Shown: positions 27,135 through 35,897 of the stretch, in pieces
Layout: every line of letters starts with the position of its first letter
Position numbering within the stretch: the first letter of the stretch is position 1
Assembly (NCBI GenBank): GCA_020636315.1
Contig: JACJYA010000017.1
Span: 4,762 to 68,761 of the forward strand
Direction: 5' to 3'
Length of the DNA: 64,000 bases
Origin: Lewinellaceae bacterium
GTDB taxonomy: Bacteria; Bacteroidota; Bacteroidia; Chitinophagales; Saprospiraceae
Made by a program: the position numbers and the translations under genes
The notes under the pieces: model-generated
The model's input: the letters and a program-made list of their open reading frames with translations, nothing else
Told to the model about the DNA's origin: nothing
Databases searched by the model: none

Positions 27135-30100
27135 ATGCATGCCGGCCAAACTGATTACCGGATCTTAATACTCGGGGCAGGATGTTTTTTCTTCGCCCTG
27201 TTTTCTCTTCACGCCCAGCAGCCACACCCTTTCTTCCGGCAGTACACCACCGATGACGGCCTGGCCAATAACGTCGTTTTCAATATTATTGAAGACAAGG
27301 ACGGCTACATCTGGTTTTCTACCGCCAATGGCCTTTGCCGCTTCAACGGCTACGAGATGGAGCAGTTCCCCTCCGGACAGAAGGACATCAATTACACCGC
27401 GCTGTTCAATATGCAACTGGACAGCCTCGGGCGGGTTTGGGTTCACAGCATTTACGGTAAGCTCTTCTACTTCGACAGGGACAGCATATACAAGCACCCT
27501 TTTGCCGATACGATCGTGCTGAGCAACAAGCCTCGTTTCAGGTATTCCGGAGGTTTTGTGCTGAAAGGCAGCGGAGAGCGGGCGTTTTACTTCCTCGACG
27601 GGCTGGGCATCGTCGCCGTGGATACCGGCGGCCGGCAGCAGCTGATCCGCCCGGAAGTCACCCCTTCGGTAATTGCTATGGAGCAGGATGGAATATTTGC
27701 CACGGCCAACGTTATCCATCCGGATGCTGACACCCGGCTGGCGCAGGCGGACAGCCTGGAGAAAGCAGGGATGAGGCCCCCCGTGGTGCTCTACCGCGAA
27801 GATAGTATGACGACAATTGAGGGGTTTGCACAAAGGGCCCCCTCCCAAGGAAGGTTAGAAGCAATGATCCGATATAGCGGTGGCATCCTGGCGTTTCGAA
27901 AAGGGGAAATCTATTTCATTAAGGACGGCCAAATTCAATGGCAGCAGCCCTATCCACACAATGTCATCCTTTTTCGACAAGACCGCGAAGGGCGCCTGAT
28001 GGCAGGCCTGAACGGCAGAGGAGGCGTATTGTTCTACGAAAACCTGGAAGCTCTGCGAAAGGACAAGTTCAGCCGTTACCTGGACGGGCATTCGGTAACC
28101 GCCATGTGCCAGGGGCGCAACGGCGGCTACTGGTTCACTACTCTGGGAGACGGAGTGTTCTACACGCCCGGCTTCGGCCTGGAGATCTTTGACGAAGCTT
28201 CCGGGCTTCCCCAGGAGATCGTCCGGGCGATAGCTATGAAAAGCGAGGAACAACTCTATATCGGCTTTGACGACGGGGCGGTTTATTTCCTGGATATGGC
28301 CGCCGACACCCTGATCAACCTGGGAACTCCATCTCCCCGCAAACAACTGTTCGACCTGGAATATGACGCTTCCCGGGACGAACTCTGGGCGGCTACCGAC
28401 CGCCTGTACCGGTACCAAAATGGAAAATGGTTCTCTTATGAAGAACAGATCCTCATGCCCCGGCAGCCTTACAGCACGACCCCCAAGAATATCGCTTTCA
28501 GCCCCGATGGCCAGATATTGTGGTTCAACGGAAGCACCGGCTTCGGCGCGCTCGGCATTGACAGCGGCGAGTTGCTTTACCACTCTTCCGCCTACAACGA
28601 ACAGCAACGCTGTTACGCCGTTTTCCAGGATAACCGGGGCCGGATCTGGGCGAGTGTCAACAACCAGATGTTCGAACTGGTGAATGGCAAGATGGAGACG
28701 CGGCACGAATGGCACGAAGGCTTTAAATACCCGGTTCAGGATATCGTACAGCTGGATGACAACGCCCTGGTGTTCGCCCCTAACGCCATGGGCCTTCTGG
28801 TTATGCACGAACAGGACAGCATCCGGCAACTGACTTCTGCGGACGGGCTGGTTTCCGACGCCATCAACTGCCTGTACGCCGGCCCCGGGGGGAATATCTG
28901 GGCGGGCAGTTTCCGGGGGTTGAGCCACCTTACCCCGAAAGCAGGCGGCGGCTTTACCATCAAGAACACTACCCGTGCCAACGGGCTTCCCTCCAACGCC
29001 ATCTACAAAGTAGCCGGGGCCGGCAATTCGATATGGCTGGCCACCGAAAAGGGCGCCGTCCGGTTGAAGGAAGCCAGCCGTTCCGCCGAGGTTGCCGCTC
29101 CGCTCATCGTGAGCGCCACGGCTAATGACGAGCCCTGGGACTGGAAGCAGAAAGTGGCATTCGGGCACCGGCAGAATAATATCGGATTTGAATTCATTTC
29201 TCTGCAGTATCACTTTTTCGGGAAGGTGCCTTACCGGTACCGCCTGGAAAAGAATGCCGCCTGGGCCAGGACGTATAACCGGGACGTGTTCTTCCCGGCC
29301 CTCAAGCCCGGCAGCTATCAGCTGGAGGTGCAGGCACAGGGGAAAAACGGGGCATGGAGCCCGTCTGCCCTGGCGTTCTTTGAAATACGCCCTCCTTACT
29401 GGGCCACCTGGTGGTTCCGGGGGCTGGTACTTGCGCTGCTGGGCAGTGCGGCAATCGGCTTTTTCCGCTTCCGCACCCGCCAACTCAAGGCAGAAGCAAA
29501 CCGCATACAGGAAAGAGCGGCTCTCGAACAGGAAATGGCAGAGCTGAAACAGTCGGCCCTGAGGGCCCAGATGAACCCCCATTTTATCTTCAACTGCCTC
29601 AGCTCCATTCAGAATTTCATCCTGGAGGGTGATAAAGAACAGGCCGTGCAGTACTTGTCCAGTTTCGCCCGGCTGATCCGGGCCGCTCTGCACGCCTCCA
29701 TGGAAGCAGAAGTTCCGTTGGAGGATGAAGCCAATATGCTGGAGCGCTATCTGGAGCTGGAACAATTGCGTTTTCAGCACAAGTTTGATTACAGTATTGA
29801 GATCGATGAACAGGTCGATACTTATGATACGGCCATCCCGCCCTTGTTGCTTCAGCCTTATGTGGAAAACGCCATCGTACACGGCCTGGCGGATAAAGAA
29901 CAGGGTGGCAAAATTGAGGTTCATTTCTTCAGGACAAACGGGAGTTTAATGGCCACTATAACCGACAACGGAATGGGCATCTCTGCGTCTTTGAAGCAGA
30001 AAAAGGCCAGGGATTCCCTCCACAAGTCAGTAGGCATGACCATCACCCGGAAACGGCTCGGCCTTTTGTCCGGCCAGCCAGGCAATCCGGTATTGGTTGA

Positions 30101-30179
30101 AGAACTGAAAGGCGAAGACGGGGCGATTGCCGGCACCCGGATAAGTGTTACCTTAATGCACAACAACATACAGGAATGA
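27135..30179 (+). CDS. sensor histidine kinase: periplasmic beta-propeller/Y_Y_Y domain + LytS/YehU-type kinase
   Basis: 1014 aa. Repeated propeller-like segments (DGYIWFSTANGL, GRIWASVNN, GNIWAGSFRGL), one TM segment, the His_kinase motif NPHFIFNCLSSI and the ATPase N-box QPYVENAIVHG. Confidence 0.85.
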   Translation: MHAGQTDYRILILGAGCFFFALFSLHAQQPHPFFRQYTTDDGLANNVVFNIIEDKDGYIWFSTANGLCRFNGYEMEQFPSGQKDINYTALFNMQLDSLGRVWVHSIYGKLFYFDRDSIYKHPFADTIVLSNKPRFRYSGGFVLKGSGERAFYFLDGLGIVAVDTGGRQQLIRPEVTPSVIAMEQDGIFATANVIHPDADTRLAQADSLEKAGMRPPVVLYREDSMTTIEGFAQRAPSQGRLEAMIRYSGGILAFRKGEIYFIKDGQIQWQQPYPHNVILFRQDREGRLMAGLNGRGGVLFYENLEALRKDKFSRYLDGHSVTAMCQGRNGGYWFTTLGDGVFYTPGFGLEIFDEASGLPQEIVRAIAMKSEEQLYIGFDDGAVYFLDMAADTLINLGTPSPRKQLFDLEYDASRDELWAATDRLYRYQNGKWFSYEEQILMPRQPYSTTPKNIAFSPDGQILWFNGSTGFGALGIDSGELLYHSSAYNEQQRCYAVFQDNRGRIWASVNNQMFELVNGKMETRHEWHEGFKYPVQDIVQLDDNALVFAPNAMGLLVMHEQDSIRQLTSADGLVSDAINCLYAGPGGNIWAGSFRGLSHLTPKAGGGFTIKNTTRANGLPSNAIYKVAGAGNSIWLATEKGAVRLKEASRSAEVAAPLIVSATANDEPWDWKQKVAFGHRQNNIGFEFISLQYHFFGKVPYRYRLEKNAAWARTYNRDVFFPALKPGSYQLEVQAQGKNGAWSPSALAFFEIRPPYWATWWFRGLVLALLGSAAIGFFRFRTRQLKAEANRIQERAALEQEMAELKQSALRAQMNPHFIFNCLSSIQNFILEGDKEQAVQYLSSFARLIRAALHASMEAEVPLEDEANMLERYLELEQLRFQHKFDYSIEIDEQVDTYDTAIPPLLLQPYVENAIVHGLADKEQGGKIEVHFFRTNGSLMATITDNGMGISASLKQKKARDSLHKSVGMTITRKRLGLLSGQPGNPVLVEELKGEDGAIAGTRISVTLMHNNIQE

Positions 30180-30925
30180 AAAGAGCCATAATCATCGAAG
30201 ACGAGGACCGGGCCCGCGCTTCGCTGAAGAAGATGCTGGAGACATACTGCCCCGAAGTAGTAGTGGAAGGCGAAGCTGACGGAGTAGCCTCGGGGCTGAA
30301 GTTGCAGGACAAAGCGGCCGCCGACATCCTGTTTCTCGACGTACAGCTGAAAGATGGAACGGCCTTCGACTTGCTGGATCAATACCGCGGCCCCTATACC
30401 TTTCACCTGATCTTTACTACGGCCTATGATGAATTTGCGGTCAAGGCCTTTGAATACCACGCGCTCGACTACCTGATCAAACCCATAGCTCCCGGCCGGC
30501 TCCGCAGTGCAGTGGCGCGAACCATGGAGGCCACTCCCCTGCCGGACCCGCATTACGACGAGCTCCTGCAGTCGGTCCGGTCCAGGCACTTTGAGAAGAT
30601 CGCCCTGTCCACTAAAGATGGCATCCTCTTTTTAGCCCTCGACAAACTGGTGAGGCTGGAAGCCAGCGCCAATTACACCACCTTCCACACCCTCCGCGGC
30701 CAGAAAGTTATGGTGGCCCGCACCCTGAAGGAGTACGAAAGCCTGCTCGGCAGTGAGGGGTTCTTCCGTTCCCACCAGTCGCACATCATCAACCTTCATT
30801 TCATCGAGGGCATCACCAAAGATGACGGCGGATTTGCCTGTTTGAAAGACGGCAGCAAGATACCCATTGCCCGCCGCCGGAGGGAGAAGCTGGTGGAGTT
30901 GCTAAAAGGGCGGAGCTTATTTTAA
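30176..30925 (+). CDS. LytTR-family response regulator
   Basis: Receiver domain (IIIEDED...ILFLDVQL). C-terminal LytTR domain (FFRSHQSHIINLHFI). The start overlaps the kinase stop by 4 nt. Confidence 0.9.
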   Translation: MKRAIIIEDEDRARASLKKMLETYCPEVVVEGEADGVASGLKLQDKAAADILFLDVQLKDGTAFDLLDQYRGPYTFHLIFTTAYDEFAVKAFEYHALDYLIKPIAPGRLRSAVARTMEATPLPDPHYDELLQSVRSRHFEKIALSTKDGILFLALDKLVRLEASANYTTFHTLRGQKVMVARTLKEYESLLGSEGFFRSHQSHIINLHFIEGITKDDGGFACLKDGSKIPIARRRREKLVELLKGRSLF

Positions 30926-30935
30926 ATCCCTTCCC

Positions 30936-30953
30936 CTCCAGGTTTATTCCAGA
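30936..30953 (+). promoter_or_regulatory. direct repeat CTCCAGG-N4-TTCCAGA (candidate OmpR-family operator)
   Basis: Same half-site and the same 11-bp phasing, 23 nt upstream of the OmpR-type regulator ATG. Confidence 0.3.
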
Positions 30954-30975
30954 TTTCAGCCCCTATCTTTAACCT

Positions 30976-31653
30976 ATGAAAATTCTGATCGTAGAAGACG
31001 AGCCGGCCATCCGGGAGGCCATCGCCGGATACCTTCACAAAGAAGGCTATGTCTGCGAAGAAGCAGAAGATTACGAAACGGCAGATGAAAAGGTGGCCCT
31101 TTACGAATACGACCTCGTTATTCTGGACATCACCCTGCCCGGCGGAAGCGGGCTGGAAGTATTAAAGAGCTTAAAAAAAGCCCATCCGGAGACTGGCGTT
31201 CTTATCGTCTCTGCCCGGCATTCTCTGGACGACAAAGTGAAGGGGCTCGACCTTGGCGCCGATGACTACATCACCAAGCCTTTCCACTTACCCGAACTCA
31301 ATGCGAGAGTCAAGGCATTGCTCCGCCGCCGTGTTTTTAAAGGGAAGGAAACCATTACCTTCAATGAGATCGAAGTTGACCTGGCAACCAATATCATTAA
31401 TGTGAACGGCGAACCCGTAGAGCTCTCCAGAAAGGAATATGACCTGATGTGCTTTTTCATTACCAACAAAAACCGGGTGTTGTCCAAGGCTGCCATCGCC
31501 GAGCACCTCTGGGGAGACTACATGGACCTGGCCGACAACTTCGACCTGGTTTACAGCCACATCAAAAACCTGCGGAAGAAAATTGTGGAAAACGGGGGAA
31601 GCGATTATATTAAAACAGTTTACGGAATGGGTTATAAATTTACCAGCTATTGA
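30976..31653 (+). CDS. OmpR/PhoB-family response regulator
   Basis: Receiver domain (ILIVEDEP...LVILDITLPGGSG). Winged-helix C-terminus (LSRKEYDLMCFF...TVYGMGYKF). Confidence 0.9.
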   Translation: MKILIVEDEPAIREAIAGYLHKEGYVCEEAEDYETADEKVALYEYDLVILDITLPGGSGLEVLKSLKKAHPETGVLIVSARHSLDDKVKGLDLGADDYITKPFHLPELNARVKALLRRRVFKGKETITFNEIEVDLATNIINVNGEPVELSRKEYDLMCFFITNKNRVLSKAAIAEHLWGDYMDLADNFDLVYSHIKNLRKKIVENGGSDYIKTVYGMGYKFTSY

Positions 31654-32903
31654 AACTACTCGAAAAAAACAACCGCATTTTCTTTCGTTTTACAGCGCTA
31701 TTGCTTGTGGTTGGCATTGTGCTTTTTTATCTGGTTGTCAACTGGATCATCCGCCATAAAGTAGATGAAACGCTGCGGGTAAACCGGCTGCATGCCGTTG
31801 AGCTCTTAAGGCAGGGGAAGCCGTTGCCACAGTTTGCCCCCATTCTGGAAGTTCACATCCTAAGTGATCAGCACGGTGCCCGCAATATCTACTCTGATAC
31901 GTTGATCTACGACCCTGTAGAAAAAGAGGAAGAACCTTACCGACAGCTTATCACCCATGAAAAAGTGGGCGGCCAGTGGTATGAGGTCATCAACCGAACT
32001 TCGCTGGTGGAATCGTCAGAACTGATGCTTGCCATCGGAGGCTGCACCCTGGGCCTGGGGCTTTTGCTCTTCGTCGGGTTGGCCTGGCTCAACAGCCGGT
32101 CGGCACGGCGACTGTGGCGGCCATTCCAGCAGCAACTCGACGCGTTGAAAAAGTTCTCCCTGTCCCAACAACAGCCACTTCACCTCGTAACAGACGGCGT
32201 CAGCGAATTTGAGGAACTGAAAACCGCCCTGCAAGATCTCACTGAAAAGGTGCGGGGCGACTATAGAAACCTGAAGGAATTCACCGAAAATGCCAGCCAC
32301 GAAATCCAAACCCCGCTTTCCATTATTCGCTCTAAAATTGAATCGCTCATTGAGAACGAACAGATCACAGACGAGCAGATGAGCGTGTTGGATACCATCT
32401 ATCAGGCCGCCAACCGGCTCAGCCGGATCAACCAAAGCCTCCTTCTGCTCGCAAAGATCGAAAACCGGCAATTTGAAGGGGCCTCCCCCGTCCTTGTAAA
32501 CGAAATCATTGATGAGCAGTTGAAGATGCTGGAGGAACTCACCGATGCCAAAAACCTACATCTGCGGACAGCACTTTCCAAAGGCCCGGCCCTGCGCGCC
32601 AACCGCCCGCTGATAGAAATCCTGATAAAGAACCTCCTGGAAAACGCCATCCGCTACAGCCAGCCCGGCGATACCATTAAAATAGAATCGACACCCGGCA
32701 GGATCACCTTCGGCAATCCCGGCAAACGGCCTGTGGAACATCCTGAGCGCCTGTTCGGCCGCTTTCAGAAACAGAGCAACCACCATTCTTCCACCGGCCT
32801 GGGGCTGGCGATCGTCAGCAAGATATGCGAAGTGAACGGCTGGAAAGCCGGCTACGATTACCAGGATGGACAGCACGAATTCAGCATAACTTTCCAGCAA
32901 TAA
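31650..32903 (+). CDS. sensor histidine kinase (two TM segments, HisKA + HATPase_c)
   Basis: H-box FTENASHEIQTPLSII, N-box LLENAIRYS and G-box STGLGLAIV. Overlaps the response-regulator stop by 4 nt. Confidence 0.9.
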   Translation: MKLLEKNNRIFFRFTALLLVVGIVLFYLVVNWIIRHKVDETLRVNRLHAVELLRQGKPLPQFAPILEVHILSDQHGARNIYSDTLIYDPVEKEEEPYRQLITHEKVGGQWYEVINRTSLVESSELMLAIGGCTLGLGLLLFVGLAWLNSRSARRLWRPFQQQLDALKKFSLSQQQPLHLVTDGVSEFEELKTALQDLTEKVRGDYRNLKEFTENASHEIQTPLSIIRSKIESLIENEQITDEQMSVLDTIYQAANRLSRINQSLLLLAKIENRQFEGASPVLVNEIIDEQLKMLEELTDAKNLHLRTALSKGPALRANRPLIEILIKNLLENAIRYSQPGDTIKIESTPGRITFGNPGKRPVEHPERLFGRFQKQSNHHSSTGLGLAIVSKICEVNGWKAGYDYQDGQHEFSITFQQ

Positions 32904-32919
32904 CAGCTTCTTTTCTCTT

Positions 32920-32937
32920 TTCCAGATTCATTCCAGA
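32920..32937 (+). promoter_or_regulatory. direct repeat TTCCAGA-N4-TTCCAGA (candidate OmpR-family operator)
   Basis: TTCCAGA at 32920 and at 32931 (11-bp phasing), upstream of the PepSY-like/efflux genes. A third near-copy, TTCCAGC, is at 32892. Confidence 0.35.
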
Positions 32938-32993
32938 ATTGGCGCTTTCCTTTGTCTTGAGAAAAGAATTAATCCATTACAAAACTGACCGTC

Positions 32994-33464
32994 ATGAAGT
33001 ATTTAATGTTGATCACCGTGCTCACCTTTTGCTTGTCCTACTCCTCCTGCGCCCAAAAACAAACGGCCGTTCCCGCCGCAGTAGAGAACGCGTTCAAAGC
33101 CAGGTTTCCCCAGGCAGAAGAAGTAAAATGGGACATGGAAAGGGAAGGTGAATGGGAGGCAGAGTTCGAAATGAACGAAGAGGAAATGTCCGCCAACTTT
33201 ATGGCTGACGGCGCCTGGGCCGAAACTGAGGCTGAGATCGAAAAAGAGAACCTCCCTCAAGCGGTGAAGGATGCCGTTGCCACTCAGTTCGCCGATTATG
33301 AACTGGAGGAAGCCTGGACGGTGGAAAGCCCCGAACATCCCAATGCCTATGAAGTAAAACTGGAAAAGGGGGAAACAACCGTAAAAGCGACGTTCAGCCC
33401 CGAAGGGCAGCTGCTCGGGCAGAAAACCAAATCAGAAGAAGGAGAAGAGGAAGAGAAAGACTGA
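32994..33464 (+). CDS. PepSY-like periplasmic lipoprotein
   Basis: Lipobox LSYSSC. Two repeats of the PepSY-like pattern (VENAFKARFPQAEEVKWDME.., VKDAVATQFADYELEEAW..YEVKL) and an acidic tail. Confidence 0.65.
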   Translation: MKYLMLITVLTFCLSYSSCAQKQTAVPAAVENAFKARFPQAEEVKWDMEREGEWEAEFEMNEEEMSANFMADGAWAETEAEIEKENLPQAVKDAVATQFADYELEEAWTVESPEHPNAYEVKLEKGETTVKATFSPEGQLLGQKTKSEEGEEEEKD

Positions 33465-33470
33465 GTTTCA

Positions 33471-33563
33471 GGGGATTGTTCAAATAAGTGTGCCTGCGTT
33501 ACGCTAACCCGCTGGTTTCCAGGGCAACGAGGGACTCAGAAACCAGGAACTATGAACGGTCCC
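33471..33563 (-). repeat. REP/MITE-like element, inverted copy
   Basis: The plus strand reads GGGGATTGTTCAAATAAGTGTGCCTGCGTTACGCTAACCCGCTGGTTTCCAG...GAACGGTCCC. Its reverse complement aligns closely with the copy at 45211. Confidence 0.7.
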
Positions 33564-33569
33564 GGTGTC

Positions 33570-33616
33570 AGATGGAAGGCACTTCGGAAGTGCCTTCCAT
33601 CTTAGGAAGCTTTTTT
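33570..33616 (+). terminator. strong hairpin plus downstream T-run between the PepSY-like and TolC genes
   Basis: AGATGGAAGGCACTT-CGG-AAGTGCCTTCCATCT (15-bp arms), then TAGGAAGC and TTTTTT. Confidence 0.45.
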
Positions 33617-33715
33617 GCGAACGCCAAGTACCCATTTCCGGACAATAACCTGTGGCCTTTCCATCTTTTCTGCTCTTTCCCAAAACCCTTTTTTGCAATT
33701 ACAAAATTCACTCCT

Positions 33716-34897
33716 TTGATCTACCGTTGTCTGTTATTGCTCACATTATTCCTTGCTGGCGGGAAGGCGGAAGCGCAAACTTTGCAGGAATATCTCGACA
33801 GTGCCAGGGCCAATAACCCTGTCTCACAGGAGAACCAGAATCTTTCCGCCATTGCAGCTTTAGAAGTGGATAAAGCAAAAGCCATGTACTACCTGCCGGA
33901 AGTCAGCGCTTCCGGGAATTTCCTCTATGCTCCCGTAGTAAAGGGAGTGGGGTATGAAGAAGCCATCACCAACGGCGCGCTGTATTCGGCACAGTTGAAT
34001 ATTAACATGCCCCTTTTTACCCGGCGGAAGGTGGAGGCGCAAATGAAAAACAGCGCTGTCAACCAGGAGGCCTATCGCAATAACATTGAGCTTTCTCAAC
34101 ACGATCTCGATCGGCAAGTGACAGAGCAGTACATCCTCACCTGGCAGAACCTGGAACGCATTGCCGCTACACAAAGATTGCTGGACATTTTATCCGAACA
34201 GGAAAAAGTAGTACGTGTATTTGCGGAGAACGCTATCCTTTCGCAATCCGACGTGATGTTTTTCACCATTGAAAAAGAAAACAGGCAGCTCGCTTTGCGG
34301 GACTATCAGATAGCCTACCGGCAAGGCCTGGCAACCCTCAACCTGCTTTGCGGGCGGGTGGACACCACATTCGTGGAATTACAGCCACCTGAAATCAGCC
34401 TGAACAGTGACTCCACCGGGCCTTCCAGGTTCCTGGACAGTTACCAACTGGATAGCCTCCTGGCGGCGAGCAACCAGGAAATGGCTGAGTTAAAATACTA
34501 CCCGCAGGTATCCGCTTTTGCCAATGGCGGCCTGAACGCTATTATGGTGAAGGACATTTACAAAAAGCTGGGCCTCAGCGTGGGCCTCAACTTTTCCATG
34601 CCCATCTTCGATGGGCGCCAGCGCAGCATGGCCCGCCAGCAAATGCAGCTGAGCCAGATGGCCAACGGGGCGCAGCGCGAGTTCCAAACCAAACAGATAA
34701 ACCAGCAACGCCTGATGGGCCTTCAGCAAATCGGCCTGCTGGATGACAAGATCAAAGCGATGCAACGCCAGCTTTCGGATCTCGAGGGCCTGCTTAAGTT
34801 ATACAGGGAGCGCATCGCCCGGGGAGAGTTGTCGGTGAACGATTATATCAATACCATTAAATCCTATGCAGAATTGCAGGTCACCTCATTTCGCTGA
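33716..34897 (+). CDS. TolC-family outer membrane efflux protein
   Basis: OEP-type coiled repeats. The ORF-track start at 33488 lies inside a REP element and upstream of a strong hairpin. The in-frame TTG at 33716 gives signal peptide (M)IYRCLLLLTLFLAGGKAEAQ. The start remains uncertain. Confidence 0.75.
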   Translation: MIYRCLLLLTLFLAGGKAEAQTLQEYLDSARANNPVSQENQNLSAIAALEVDKAKAMYYLPEVSASGNFLYAPVVKGVGYEEAITNGALYSAQLNINMPLFTRRKVEAQMKNSAVNQEAYRNNIELSQHDLDRQVTEQYILTWQNLERIAATQRLLDILSEQEKVVRVFAENAILSQSDVMFFTIEKENRQLALRDYQIAYRQGLATLNLLCGRVDTTFVELQPPEISLNSDSTGPSRFLDSYQLDSLLAASNQEMAELKYYPQVSAFANGGLNAIMVKDIYKKLGLSVGLNFSMPIFDGRQRSMARQQMQLSQMANGAQREFQTKQINQQRLMGLQQIGLLDDKIKAMQRQLSDLEGLLKLYRERIARGELSVNDYINTIKSYAELQVTSFR

Positions 34898-34949
34898 AAA
34901 CCTCCCGGCTGCTTTTGATAAACGATTACAATTACTGGAACTGGTAATT

Positions 34950-35897
34950 ATGAAGATACTAATCTGCAACCTGAAATACCTCCTGTTGCTGACGGTTATT
35001 ACTGCTTTGGAGGCCTGTAGCCACCAGCAATCCGCCGACGCTGTCGGGGACCCACCCCCCGCTCCCAAAACGCTGGTGGATACCACCTCTGTGGCCGTCC
35101 GGGACATTCAGCAGGAACGACGTTTTCCGGCCACCACATTCTACCCGGAGAGCAACAAACTGGCTGCGCCGATCTCCGGGTATATTCTCCAATCACCCCG
35201 GGAGGCGGGCGAAAGGGTGAATAGCGGCCAGGTGCTTTTCACCCTTGAAACAAAAGAGCATCACGCGATCAATACAGACCCGGCCCTGAGAAAAAGCAGC
35301 CTTGCCGAACTGGGTGTCATCAATGTGAAGGCTCCTTCAGATGGCCAGATCATCACACTGGATCAGCGGCAGGGCGATTATGTGAACGAAGGCTCAACGC
35401 TCTGCACCATTGCCCGCAACGACAAAACCGGCTTCCGGCTCAGTGTTCCTTTCGAATACAGCAACTTCGTTAATATTGGCGCCAGGTGCACCATCGAACT
35501 GCCGGATAAATCCCGCCTGCCTGCCCGGGTAACCGAGAACCTCAGCACCACAAATGCCACCTCACAAACTCTCGCCTTTCTGGTGAAGCCACTGAAGCCA
35601 CTGATGCTGCCCGAAGGGCTGGCCGTTATGGTGATCTTCCAAACCAGAAGCGCAGGCCAGGCAGCCATACTGCCCAGATCCGCGATCCTGGCTAATGAAA
35701 CTATGGATGAATTCTGGGTGATGCAACTCGTCAACGACAGTACCGCAGTTAAAGTGCCCGTAGCCCTCGGGATGGCCTCCGGCGATTCTGTGCAGGTAGT
35801 AAGGCCGGCTTTTCCCCCTTCAGCCCTCATTTTAACGGAAGGGAATTATGGGTTAGAGGACACAGCTTTGGTAAAGATCAAATCACAGGTGGAATGA
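34950..35897 (+). CDS. RND efflux periplasmic adaptor (membrane fusion protein), lipoprotein
   Basis: Start at MKILICNLKYLLLLTVITALEAC (lipobox). HlyD/MFP-like barrel-sandwich segments. Its stop overlaps the RND pump start. Confidence 0.8.
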   Translation: MKILICNLKYLLLLTVITALEACSHQQSADAVGDPPPAPKTLVDTTSVAVRDIQQERRFPATTFYPESNKLAAPISGYILQSPREAGERVNSGQVLFTLETKEHHAINTDPALRKSSLAELGVINVKAPSDGQIITLDQRQGDYVNEGSTLCTIARNDKTGFRLSVPFEYSNFVNIGARCTIELPDKSRLPARVTENLSTTNATSQTLAFLVKPLKPLMLPEGLAVMVIFQTRSAGQAAILPRSAILANETMDEFWVMQLVNDSTAVKVPVALGMASGDSVQVVRPAFPPSALILTEGNYGLEDTALVKIKSQVE

